DNA of 64,000 nucleotides from the NCBI RefSeq assembly GCF_009834535.1, contig NC_045697.1, positions 93,560,001 through 93,624,000 on the forward strand, in the 5' to 3' direction. The notes under the pieces were generated by a model. It was not told the DNA's origin, did not search any database, and saw only the letters and a list, made by a program, of their open reading frames with translations. Shown here piece by piece: positions 41,049-53,642 of the stretch. The position numbers and the translations under genes are program-made. The number at the start of each line of letters is the position of its first letter. Position 1 is the stretch's first letter. The stretch comes from Camelus ferus. Its lineage: Eukaryota.

Positions 41049-41482
41049 TGATGAGGTTCAGAACGAGCCTCCTGCCAATGTACCTCTGAAGGCTCAAGAG
41101 AAACTTTTGCCCCTCCTTTAACTACCTAGAAGACTTTAAATTGGTGGACTTCCCCAGAATGTAAGTTATTACGAGAGATCAGTTTTATCTGAGTGCCCCA
41201 TCTGTACAACAGAGCAGACATCTGATTACCAAACACCTGCTCTTCTTCTTGTTCTGTGAATGACACTCCTGCCCTTGAAGCCCTAGACCGCTATGCTATT
41301 TCTTAGCTCAGGATAGTTTATGTACCTTATTTTACCCGTCTGTGTTTGAACCTTTTCTGTATGCTGGGGTTCCTGTATGTACAATATTAAATTAGATTGT
41401 TAGTCTGCTCATGTTGATTTAATTATTAGACCACCCAGAAAAAACCTAGAAGGGTAGAGAAAAATTACTTTCCTTCTCAACA
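41049..41482 (+). mobile_element. ERV1-class solo LTR (MER34/MER39-like), 434 bp
   Basis: TGATGAGG...CTCAACA termini with exact 4-bp TSD CTGG (41045-41048 / 41483-41486). ATTAAA signal and 3' ttaattattagacc...aacctagaagggtagag motif. Confidence 0.82.
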
Positions 41483-44400
41483 CTGGATAGGACATAAAAT
41501 GTCTCTTTCCCTTCGGATGCTGCCATCCTCAGCACATTAGCTTAATAGTGCATCTGGAATATGCACTACATTTCAAGCATTGCAATGCTGATGTATGAAG
41601 AAAGCTCTAAAATTATAAAGCAAGCCTATTAAATACTCATTTTGGACAAGATCTTTTAAAACATTTTCCCTTTAATAAATTAAATTTTAATTACTTCCCA
41701 AACAGTTAAATAGCAACTGCCTGTATACCAGACTTGGGCTAAGTATTGTAGACACGAATATACAAAGCATGAATATAACATTAACTCCCTTCAAAGAGCA
41801 GTCTGTTGAGAGAAGTAACTGTAAAGAGATGAGTAGAACAACTTAAACTCTCAGAACACTTATAAAGGTGTATTATGAAAGCACCTAAGCCGGGACTTTT
41901 GGAACATATAGAGTATTGTTTGAAAGAGATCAGGATAATAGTTTTAGGAACCATTTTTCCAATTGTTAGGTGGAAACTTGAATGTGAATGAAATTACCAT
42001 TCACAGAGACAGAGGGTAGCATAATATTTAAAAGCCTGGACTCTAGTGGGAGATAAACAGTGATTTAAATCTTCTGGTAAATCTACTTAGCACACAGAGG
42101 TAAGACTTTCCCCACCACATGGCCCTTTCATCATACTCACAGTGGACTATCAGAAATGACCTGACCAGGCAATCCATACGTTGGCAAATGGCTTATTTAG
42201 TGCTGTGTTGCAAGATCCTTGCCCAACAAGGACGATGGACACTTCAACAGAGAGAAAGAGATCAATTTGAGCTTCTTCCCAAGTGTTGACATGAAATTCA
42301 AAGGGAAAATGAGTTGCTCTTGTTGTATTTGCTATTTTGTTTTGATGTGGAGTAGGGCATGAAAGTGCAGAGAGGAAGCTTCATAAAGATGAAGTCCCTA
42401 GTAGAAATCCATGAAGTACTGCTTGTGGTGGTTACAGGTTATGATGATGTTTATTCTTAATGCCATTATGTTTAGTAGGGAAGTATGTAGTTAAAATAAT
42501 GACCTACTCCATAACGCTGCTTTGAATCATGAATAAATTTCCAGTTTCAATCTCCATAAGGCCTAGTACATCCCATTGCTTCCTCTTTCCAGTAAGTGTG
42601 TTCTCTGGCTATTTTCTATAGTTAGTGAAGTTTAGTCTCGTGAAAGAAATTCTTGTTTTCTGTTTTTTAATGTGTATCAGTAAAATGAATGCCCTCTCAC
42701 CCTTTATTAGTTGAACAACCAAAAATGCCTAATGAGCCTAGGAAAGGGCTTGATGAAAAGAATCAGGATTAGGGATGATTACTGAGAGAACACGGAAGAC
42801 ATACATAAATTGAGAAGACATAAGTAACTTACTAGAAAGTGCTATTTTAGTCTGTGAATTTCTAGGAGTTCTAGAAAATTGTTCTTAATTCTTGAATAAA
42901 ACTGTGATTTTGCTTAATAGTAATTTGTATATATATCTTTACAATCTCTAACAAAACTATAAATTTCATGAGAAGTGGAATCATGACTTGATCCCCTTCC
43001 TGTGTTGGTGATATTCAAGGTGTGATCTTTCAGTGTTTCAGTGATTTATTGGTGTTGCCTTTTAAATTTAAATCTCTGGAAAATTAGGTTATATGTAAAC
43101 CAGTGAAGTCATTGCTTATTTACAGAATACAAAAATAAATTGAAATGTGATTCTCATTCAGGATACAACCAAAGAAAAGTTTCTCTGGATTTTTAAAATT
43201 AAAAAGTAGGAGAAAGAAGTTTTTATTAAGCATACATCATTAGATGTAATATCAAGGTGAGATTATGTCATATTAATTTAACATATTTATGAAAAATGTA
43301 CAATATCTCAGACACTATTATAGCCCACTACAGTTGTAGTAACAGTATTATCCACTGGTTTGTCAGTCTTCAAGTAACAAAACTACAATTCAGGGGGGGC
43401 ACACCAACTGTGGTTGCTCATGTGCTGATGCCCTGTTACCATTCAGAATATTTATGTAATCTGTATTCTTAGCTTTAACACGTGGTTCTCATGTTTAAAC
43501 ACTATCCTTAAGTAATTTTCTTTCTTTTGTTATGTTTCTTCCCATCAGAAAAATCTTATTCTCTAAGCTTGCCGCATTGATTAGTTTTAGGAAAAATGAG
43601 TTTTCTGGTTTTAAGGCAAAACAGAAGACCCATTTGTTAAATTAGGCATTTGTCTAATGGATATAGGAGGATCTGCAAGATTAAGGTCATGGATCTTTTC
43701 TTGTTGTCAGATAATGTGTTAAATAAAATCAAAGGAATGATAAACAAGGGTAATTGCAGAGAAAAGCATTCCCTTAGGGTTCAAACCAGAAATCTTCTAA
43801 AATGTAAATTTTCAGAATAGACACTCAAAATATTCTTTAAGGTAGATAATAAGGGCAAATAAAAGGATTATTTTCAGAGAACTAAAATATCCTATACAAT
43901 GTTTTTAAGAAAATGATAAATATTATTTATGTTAGAATTCTTATCTATGAATACATTTATAGATGATTAGTAAAGTTACTTGTGGCAAAAGCCAGTGTCT
44001 TTTTATGACAAGGAAAGCAATATCAGTCTTGTTAAAACACATCAAAGTAACATATTAGAATGCAGATACAAGAAAAGCCCAAATTAACAGAACTGTATAA
44101 ATTTAGAAAGGCAGAAGAAGGATTAAATTACTTGAATCAGATAGGAAACAAATTTGAATATTTTGTCTTTAAAAATACATAGCACAAGCATAAAAAGGAA
44201 TCTTTAAAATCCTTGGCTAAGTAAGAAACAGGGTGATGAAGAGTAAGAACAAATAATAATACGAAAAAATTGCTTTATTTATAGAAATTTAGATCATTTT
44301 GATGGTAGCACTAACAGAACATAAAATGTCTTCTGTGAAAAAAACAGCATTTTGACTGAGAAATTCTAGGTTCAAAATCTAAAATTAAAATCGTAATAAA

Positions 44401-46569
44401 CAAAGACAGATTAAAAAGAACAAATGAATATTGGAATTTTTATGCTTGAATACTGACATGAAATAAACCATTATTGAGAACACAAATATTACTTAATTTT
44501 ATTAATTGAAGAAATTGTAATAAAGTTGAATGGATATTTTATGAACATTGGAAGAAGGGCACATATTTGGGATTTGTCATATGTTTTCTGTTTCTAATCC
44601 TGAGATAAAAAAGACAAATAGTTACCTAACTTAAGCCATATGTCTAAAGGAGAGAAAAGGATTCAGAAAGCATTTGGTATTTGCTAGTTTTAAAAGTGGT
44701 AAAATTCTAACTTAAGAAGACAGTGACCATGGCAGCAGTATTGTTATAGAAATTTTTATATTCTACAAAAATGTATTGGTGTGCAAATCATAAATTTGCA
44801 ACTAAAACTGATTTAATAGTTTCTACTAGCATTCTTTAAGTTTTGTGTAGTGAATAAATATAATTTGATGAAACAAATTATTTGGGGGAGTTTTAGACAA
44901 GAAAAAAGTTATAGTTAAATATATCCCACTGTAAAAATAATAAATACAGCTTGTTAATTGTACCATTTTATTTCTAGATTATAAAGTTGAAATCAAAGGC
45001 AGGGCTAATATAATATACAGTCAGAGTAGTTAATAGGTTGAAAAACATTGATCATTATGTTTAAAATTTAAGGTTGATGTGCTGTTTTTACTTGCCTTTT
45101 ATTTCATGCTCCATTACCATACAGCAACTTTCTATATACAATATAGTTTTTTTCTTTCCCAAAGTGACATTAAAAACTAAGCTGTAGTTCCTAACATCAA
45201 CAAGATATAAAAATCTATGTTGAATAATGTATACCTGATAAAGTCAGTGTTATTTTAATGAAGTTTAATATTAGTATACTGTTGTACTGTTTCTTTCAGA
45301 GGATTAAATACTTCATTAGCATAACTTTACCATCAGAAGGAGAAAACATTACCATCAAATATTTAGAAGAAATGAAGAGGATTTTAAAAGTTCCTGCCAC
45401 ATGTGAAATCTTCTGAAAAAGACAGGCAAATGTAGGGCCTTAGAGTGAAATTTTCAGAAAGCACAGAAAGAAAATTCAAGACTAGATTATACCATGATTT
45501 ATATCAGGAAGAGAAAGTGGTTTTAATTAATTTATTCATCTATAATGTTCAGAGCTATAAATTGGGGGTATAATTTGTATCCAGCCACTGATATTTGTAA
45601 ATCTAATTTGTTAGTGTATATTACATTTAATTTATAAACAATTTAATTCATGACATAAACTTATGAATACATATTTTGTAAGACCAATGTAGTAAATACT
45701 TTGGAACATTACTTTATAAGTAACAATATTAATTTTAAGAACAAGAATTATATAGTAACCTTTATGCCCAGTTACACTCAAAAGTATCTATTTTGAGAAA
45801 CTTAAGATTTCATTAGACAAATAATTACTATCTAGTGTAGGACATACATGGAAGCATATAAATAGTGTATAATGTGAGTTGTGCAAAATATAAAAGAAAT
45901 ATTATGTATCAAACAAATAATATTTTGAACATCGTCTTTAGGAAACTAAAGTTTAGCAAATGAAGAAGGGATTCATTTCTGGAAACCATCATTTACATCA
46001 TTCACAAGGTGTTAGCACAAACTATGTAAGAAGGGTCTCTAGAAGAAAAAGCAAAACTGCACCTTGTATGATGACCTTATAAATTCTAAACCATTACGCA
46101 AGGAATTTGTCAGATGTTAAAAACAAATACGTAAGTCAGTTGCTATGCTGTGGTCACTTATGGGCTTCTTTACAAACTTCTTTACAATTTTTTTAAAATT
46201 TAGAATTGGATTACCTTCTTTCATTTCATATTAAATGTAAAAATATCCACTAACATCTAAGCTTTAAGTAATTTTATTAATTGAATACAAAAGTATGTGT
46301 AAAATTTATGTATACATTTATTGTATATAATCTGCCCCATATTTTGTTATGATTTTTAAAATACTCATTTTTAAGATAAAATATTGTTTAATATAAAAGT
46401 TATTTACCATATAGCATATTTTGTTTCTTAATGCTTATATGTCCTAGAATGAATTAGGGAAAAAGATGAGGAGGGAACACTACTGTATGTCATTCCCAAA
46501 TTACCATTATAGTGTGTTTTTTCTTTTGCTAATCTGTTTTTTTAAATTGCATCTGAATGGCCATGGGTT

Positions 46570-46759
46570 CTTTTTTATTTTAATGAATGAAAGATTATTT
46601 AAATTCTATAGTGCTTTACAGTTTTCAAAAGTTGCACTCACATTATTTCATCTAATTCTGTTACAACTCTTTTCCCCTCTACCCCTTTGTTTCCCCTCCC
46701 CCTTCCCTCTCCCCACTGGTAACGACTAGTTTGTTCTCTAGATCTGTGAGTCTGGTTCT
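46570..46759 (-). mobile_element. Very short (190 bp) L1 3' end with TSD
   Basis: ccccactggtaacgactagtttgttctctagatctgtgagtct (L1 3' UTR) and a T-rich tail. TSD tgaatggccatgggtt (46554-46569) / tgaatggccttgggtt (46760-46775), 15/16 match. Confidence 0.85.
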
Positions 46760-47170
46760 TGAATGGCCTTGGGTTTTTGAAGTTCTTTAGCAATCACATA
46801 ATTTTTTTAAAAATTCCTTTTTATTAAAAGAATTTAAAGAACACAGCTTGTAAATAGCACATCTGAGATTCAAACGACTGTTTGATTTAAAAAAGTCATT
46901 AAATCACAGTGTTATCCCACTGTACCATACTGTCCTTTGGAAACAAATTTTCCACTCAAATACTGATAGGTGACAAACTTGGATAGTCTTACTGGCTCAT
47001 TTTTTTTCCCTTGCAGCTGAGCAGATATTTGACTAAGAAGATCCAAGTTAACTAAACAGAGAAACAGGGTGACACCAGTCACTGGCCCCCAGAGGCTCCC
47101 CTTCACTAAAAAATCACTTCACAACGAGAAATTTGCATCGTTACATAAATACATAGATACTTCTGGCTTT

Positions 47171-47237
<67 letters not shown>
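47171..47237. repeat. Compound (GATA)n(GACA)n tetranucleotide microsatellite
   Basis: Seen directly: about 10 GATA units followed by about 6 GACA units. Confidence 0.95.
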
Positions 47238-47249
47238 TCACTGACATTT

Positions 47250-47700
47250 GGAACTTGAGAGAGAGCAAGATTGGAATAGAATGGAGATGAGAAGGGTGAC
47301 AGATTAATATTTTACATTACTTTAAGTGACTCTGGATCATTTGAAAATGACTGGTAAAAAGTATGTATTCATGACTGAACTGTACATTTATAGAGGTTAT
47401 AGAGTTGAGCATTGTACAAACTGGTAAGTTTATATATAGCTTCAGTTTTGTCTGGAGACATGAGGATGTCAGTAGTATGTAAAGCCATGGTTATACAGGA
47501 AGTTCTCCTGGTAGAGCAGAAAAAGACATGAATCAGAGATATACAGAGGGATGTATGGCCTGACTGGCCCCTAGAAGGCAAGAGGGGTAAGTTTCAATAA
47601 GTAAAGGATAGTTAGATATGTCAGACCCCGTGGAGAGGTCAGTCAGGAGACAAAATGAAAAATGCACATGGCTTTAACAGTGTGCTTTGTGTACTGCAGT
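47250..47700 (-). mobile_element. Degenerate L2 fragment
   Basis: cttcagttttg...aaagccatgg...gagaggtcagtcaggaga..., purine-rich L2 reverse motifs. Confidence 0.4.
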
Positions 47701-47829
47701 TCTGTAATATGTTTTTTGTTTGATTGTTTCCATTAGCGTTTATAGGGATATCAGGCTTAGTCCGGCGGTATTCTGTGGCCTGAGAAGAGCAGGATGTCTG
47801 TTGCCTTTTAACATAGTCATGGAGAGAAT

Positions 47830-48345
47830 GAGAAGTTGTGGTATATTATACAACAGAAAACTACTCAGCCATAAAAATATAATAAAATAATGCCATTTGC
47901 AGCAACATGGATGAACCTGGAGATTGTCATTCTGAGAAGTAAGCCAGAAAGAGAAAGAAAAGATACCACATGATATCACTTATATGTGGAACCTATAAAA
48001 AAAAGACAAATGAACTTATTTACAAAACAGAAACAGACTCACAGACAGAAAACAAACTTACGGTTACCAGGTGTGAAAGGGAGTGGGAAGGGGTAAATTG
48101 GGAGTTCTAGATTTGCAGTTACTAATATACATAAAATAGATAAATAACAAGTTTATAGTGTATAGCATAGGGAACTATATTAACTATATTCAACATCTTG
48201 TAATAACTTATGGTGAAAAAGAATATGAAAACGAATATATGTGTGTTTCTGTATGACTGAAGTATTGTTCTGTACACTGGAAATTGGCACAGCATTGTAA
48301 AATAAGTATACTTCAAAAAAAAATACAAACAAAAAGAAAAGAAAC
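47830..48345 (+). mobile_element. Younger L1 3' end (same family as 33882)
   Basis: agaagttgtggtatatt...ctactcagccataaaaa...tgccatttgcagcaacatggatgaacctggagattgtcattct...gaaaaagaatatgaaaacgaatatat followed by an A-rich tail. Confidence 0.92.
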
Positions 48346-48659
48346 AATGAGCTGAAAGTAAGCCAATGTGAAGTCCAAGGGGAACAGTCAGGTGGGAGGG
48401 TGCCATGGTAAGATTCTAATCTCTGAGTAAGTACATGGCTCAGGGGTACATACAAAGCCTAGTAAGATTTAAAAAAAAAAAAAAACCTGATGTATCAAAA
48501 ATAATAAGTATGAAAAGAAGTGAAGCTTCTTTTAAAACCATGGGGTGATCGATAGGAACCATAGCAGTTTTTAAATGAAATTTCACATCAGTTTGTGTCT
48601 GCATGTTGAGTGAATGAATAAGTGTGATGATTCAGAGAGAGAGGGAAGGGATGAAACAC

Positions 48660-48971
48660 AGTGTGGAGCTGGGAGAGAGAGACTGATTTTAACCAATTGG
48701 CTTATGCAGTACTAGGGGCTGGAAACTCAGGCAAGATTTCAGTTACAGTCTTGAGGCAGAATTCTCTCTTTGTGAAAACTGTTTTTGTTTTTAAGACCTT
48801 TTAGCTGACTGAATAAGACCCACCCACTTTATTAAGGGTAATCTTTAGTTAAGTCAACTGATTGCAAATGTTAATCACATCTTCAAAATACCTTCACAGT
48901 GCCATCTAGTGTTTGACCAAACAACTGGGCTCCATAGCCTCGCCAAGTTGAACCATACGCCTAACCATCAT
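48660..48971 (-). mobile_element. ERVL LTR (MLT2-type) fragment
   Basis: aagtcaactgattgcaaatgttaatcacatcttcaaaataccttcacag...gtgtttgaccaaacaactgggctccatagcctcgccaagttga...taaccatca is the MLT2 5' end in reverse. Confidence 0.8.
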
Positions 48972-48979
48972 TACACTGT

Positions 48980-49702
48980 TTTCGTTTGTTTGTTGGTTGG
49001 TTTGTTTTTATTGAAGCATAGTCAGTTTACAATGTTGTGTCAATTTCTGGTGTACAGCATGATGGTTCAGTCATACATTTACATAAATATATTTGTTTTC
49101 TTATTCTTTTTCATTATAGGTAACTATAAGATATTGAATATAGTTCCCTGTGCTATGCAGAAGAAACTTCTTGTCTATTTATTTTATATATAGTAATTAG
49201 TATCTGCAGATCTTGAACTCCCTATTTTCCCTTCCCACTCCCTTTCTACCCTGGTAACCATAAGCTAGCTTTCTGTCTATGAGTCCATTTCTGTTTTGTA
49301 AATAAGTTTATTTGACTTTTTTTTACGTTCCACATATTAAGTGATATCATATAGTATTTTTCTTTCTCTTTCTGACTTTCTTCATTTAGAATGACAATCT
49401 CCAGGTCCATCCATGTTGCTGCAAATTGCATTATTTTATTCTTTTTTGTGGCTGAGATTCATATTGTATAAATATACCACAGCTTCTTTATCCAGTCATC
49501 TGTCAGTGGACATTTAGGTTACTTCCATGTCTTGGCTATTGTAAATAGTGCTGCTATGAACATTTGGGTACATGTATCTTTTCGAATTAAAGTTCCCTCT
49601 GGATATATGCCCAGGAATGGGATTTCTGGATCATATAGTAAGCCTATTTTTTTGAGCTTTTTGAGGAATCTCCATACTGTTTTCATAGCAGCTGCACCAA
49701 AC
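48980..49702 (-). mobile_element. Younger L1 3' end (same family as 33882)
   Basis: Peptide MQFAATWMDLEIVILNEESQKEKEKYYMISL. (GTTT)-type tail. TSD core tacactg (48972-48978 / 49703-49709). Confidence 0.92.
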
Positions 49703-49709
49703 TACACTG

Positions 49710-49900
49710 GGTTTTTGATTTTGCTATTTCATAACTGGTAATCTTAGGCTAAATATTAGCATGAATGTGCCTTAGTTATGTCATCAATAAAATATATATG
49801 GAACAGTATCTTTCTCATGGGGAGATCTTAATTTTTATATATATACATAAGGACTTAAATACTTAGGCCAGTGTAAACAATCAGTGTTATGTATTATTAA
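49710..49900 (+). mobile_element. Degenerate MIR
   Basis: atcttaggctaaatatt...gtgccttagttatgtcatcaataaaat...aacagtatctttctcatggg. Confidence 0.45.
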
Positions 49901-50049
49901 TCTTTTACTTTTATATGATGCTACTTAAACCATGTTTCCTAAATTAGAAAACTGCCTCAAGTAGTGTCAGTTATACATATCTCACTGAAACTGGCTGTGG
50001 CAAAAGGGATAACTAGACATAGTTCAGTGTTTACGTACTTTCAATATTA

Positions 50050-50560
50050 ATCAAGAAGAAATAAGAACAGCTATTTAAGTCATGAAATATGAAAAATTAT
50101 GGCAATACAAAACAAAGGAAGGCAGAAAGAAGCTATAAATAAGAACAAAAGCAGAAGTTCATGAGCCTTGAAATGAATACATAAAAGTTGATAAATCTAG
50201 GATCTGCCTTTTCAACAAAGAAATAAAATAGAAAATTATTCAAGGTTATTAAGTATAATTAATAAATAGAAAATAGGAATACACAAAAATAGAAATGATA
50301 AAGTTGAAAACAGAGGAGAGTGGTAAGCACTAACCAAAGCCATGAGTAACTATGGTAATAAAATATTTAGATGTAATAAAATGGATGTTTTTCATATAAC
50401 ACACAATTTATCATAATTGTTGAAAACTGAACCTGTCTGAAAACCATGAGAGAAATGAAAACACTTTCAACTTACCGTAAATTAGTATATAAATTGATGA
50501 ACTTATGGTGCCATCCCTTTATAAGAATACTCATAACTTCAATAAAATATGAGCCTTTGT
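50050..50560 (+). mobile_element. Ancient L1 ORF2 fragment
   Basis: A-rich, with aaaggaaggcagaaagaag...ataagaacaaaagcagaag...aatagaaatgataaag motifs from the post-endonuclease ORF2 region. Heavily decayed. Confidence 0.5.
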
Positions 50561-51521
50561 TTCCTTGTGGTGAAAGAGAGATGTGCATCACATGTAATCA
50601 GTAAATTAGCTGGCCCTGAGAGCCAGTGTTGCTATGAATTTAAGTCAACAGAAAGATCTTGATGAACAGAAGCGTTGTTTGATTTGTTTGTTTACTTTCT
50701 ATTGGTTGGCATCCCCTAGATGCTATGTAGTTGAAAGCCATACTCATTTTTTTAGATATTTAAAAATATTTCTCTATTTTGGTAATTGACAAGTGCTCAA
50801 AAATTTTGTGGTTCTTAAGTCTCAAATGCTTTTTAAACCAAATTACTCTAATGGGGATTTTAGACCTCAAACATCACTTTTAATGCCTATTAAGGTTTGG
50901 AATTATGTCAACAAAATTATCAAGTATACTCAACAATAATATATAATCAATAAATTTAAGTTGATATTTTGTAAGCCTTTTTAAATAAAATTTTATAGCA
51001 TTTCATTTGAAGCATCTCTAAATTTCTGTAGTTAAAAATACCTCAATGTTCGCATTTCAATTAATATTAACAAATATGATAAATAAATTTAACAAAGCAA
51101 TTACATAAAATATGATCTTGAATTTTTACAGAAAGGACTTATAAGGCAGTTAAAAGCAACTTCCTGTAAGAAGTGATGTTGGCCCACATATAGGAAATTA
51201 TAAAAACTTTATGAAATAATTTTTTGGAATTTCCTAAAAAAAGATTCTTAATGTCAAAGTCAGTTCATATTATTATAATAAAAATCATTTCAATTTTAAG
51301 GCAGCAACTCTGATAGAATCTATAAAAATGTTACTGCTATATCCTGATAATTTATGATGACAAGTCAACAATTTTCATTCTGATTGAGGCTTGTGTAAAC
51401 AGCATGGTGTAGTCTTACAGTTAAGGCTTTTTATACAATACCCAGTTTGAAACCACTTTTGCAATATTTGAATTTATCTGTGTTCATTGTGTACCATTAA
51501 ATAGGACATTGTATTTGTTCA

Positions 51522-51663
51522 CTCAGAACCCTCAGAAGGAACCAACCATGCTGATGTTAATTTCAGACTTCTGGCCTCCAAAACTGTGACATAATAAATG
51601 TATCTTGTTTTTTAAGTCACGAGTTAGTGGTACTTAGCTATAACAGCCCTATGAAACTGATAA
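51522..51663 (+). mobile_element. MaLR LTR (MLT1A-C type) 3' end
   Basis: cagaaggaaccaaccatgctga...atttcagacttctggcctccaaaactgtgacataataaatg...ttaagtcac...gtggtact...acagcccta..aaactgata. Confidence 0.8.
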
Positions 51664-53504
51664 TAGTTACTAAAGATGCTAAGCGTGATTGGGTCATGTG
51701 GATGGATTATGGGGAGGTGTGGTATACACTATCTTCTCATATCTCCTTTATGAACTCTTACACTAAAAGTATTTTATTTGAGGAAATGTTTACCCTCTCC
51801 ATTTTGTTCTCATATCCTTGAAAACTCAGAAGGCACCCTGAACCATTTATTATTTGCACAAAAATTTTTATTAGATGAATCATTGTTTATGAGTATATTT
51901 AAGTATATAGTCTATATAAAATTAACTGAGATAACTTGGTTTTGTAGGGTCTTCTGGGAACATTGATTAAATACAAATATGTGATAAACACATGTGTATT
52001 TACACATGTATATTTAGTTTAAATCTAACTTTTTAAGAAATTATGTCAAAAGATTTACTAATATTGGAGAATGCTAGAATTTAATAATCACAAATTATCT
52101 GATTGAACTGAAATCGTGTGATTATGTGCTTTGAATCTAATGTAACACAGTCATGCTTCAAAATATAGTCCGCTTAATCAGTTTATTCCATATTTTTATA
52201 GGGCTTATGTTGTTGTTTCCTTATATTTATCAGTGAATGGAGAAGTCTCTCTTCATCAGATATTTATGAGTAAATTATGCCTGGATTTTACTGCTTCTTT
52301 TCATTATTAATTTGTGCTAAAGAAATATATACATATTTTTAGCTGAAACACTGAAGTATGCAAATATTACCATTCCTGTGATTCAGCATAAATTGATATA
52401 GGAAGTGATTCAATGGAACTTTCTGCTTCATTATTTTTCTATGCTTGTTGAATCTACTCTTCTAAGGACTGTATTTCTAAATTCAGTTTTCTGTTTGGGT
52501 AGGTACAAAATGTGACTATGTCTAGTCTCAATACTGAGGAGTTTCTTTCTGTGACTTTGCAGAGATACGCAACAGCATGTCAAGATCCTGCCATGTCATG
52601 GAAAACTATTGTCAAGTCAGCAGAGTGCTCTGTTAGTTCAAGATAAATCCAGAGTATTAGGGACAATTCAGGTCAATGTGACTTCTTAGAATCAGCAGAT
52701 GTTTTCTGTCCATAGATATTCACATGACAGAGTCCCTTTTGAAATCTGTGGCTCCATTACATTAAAAGCACTTCAGATGAGGTAGTCCTGCCTCTCCAGT
52801 GCTCTAGCTTCTTCTGTAACTCTTGACCCTCCAAATTAGGGCTTTGCAGTTTCTTGATTATATTTCTGTTTTAGTTCTTAATATATCACAACTTCCTCAT
52901 CAATAAGTATATCTTCAGTATGACTAAAGAATTGTTCATATTGTGTGGTACCATATTTAGGCTTCTCCTGATGGATATCCTCAATATTGTTTTTTTATAT
53001 CTCTTTAATCAATTTTATTTGGGTGTATGTCTGCATGTATGCACTTGTGTGTTTTCTAGATGAGTGGTATTGAACACCTTTGTAGAAACCATCCCCTTTT
53101 CAAATCATATATGTAGAATTTTCATCTCGACATCTGAATAAACTCTATGAGACTGTAAACAATACAGTCATGTCCAAGAATGGAGAAATGTCTCTGATAT
53201 AAAGTACAATTTGAGAGTCTATAAATTGTATTTATACCATATTTACAACTAAATACAATACACAGAGGGAAAAATAGATGCATGTATTATCAGTGCTGCT
53301 AAGATAATAAAAATATTTTTCACTTCTTTCCAGACTTTATAGATATTGTTTCCTTTTTTTTTCCTATAAAACCTGGAGTGTGAACAAGGAAAATATGTTG
53401 TTGCTACTGTCTAATAATATTTAGTACTTAGTATTTACTAATAAATATATTAGGCATTTTACCTAATTTTTGAAAATTAAACGTATAAACCATTTTTCAA
53501 GGTG

Positions 53505-53642
53505 AACATGACCTACTTTTCTTAGATGAGGTCACTGAGATTTAGGCATATTAAGTGATTCCTGAAATCTATGTTGCTGTTAACTGACAAAACTAGCATT
53601 CAAATCCAGAATTCTAGGATTTTGTGGCTCTCTACTGTTCCG
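53505..53642 (-). mobile_element. Degenerate MIR core
   Basis: tagatgaggtcactgaga...ttaagtgatt...gcattcaaatccaga. Confidence 0.5.

Noticed and set aside
45300..45416. Acceptor followed by a 38-codon open frame (RIKYFISITLPSEGENITIKYLEEMKRILKVPATCEIF*)
   Set aside because: Unrecognised peptide, and the length is within chance expectation.
47564..47582. CTCF-like TGGCCCCTAGAAGGCAAG
   Set aside because: Mismatches at two informative core positions and lies within decayed L2 sequence.
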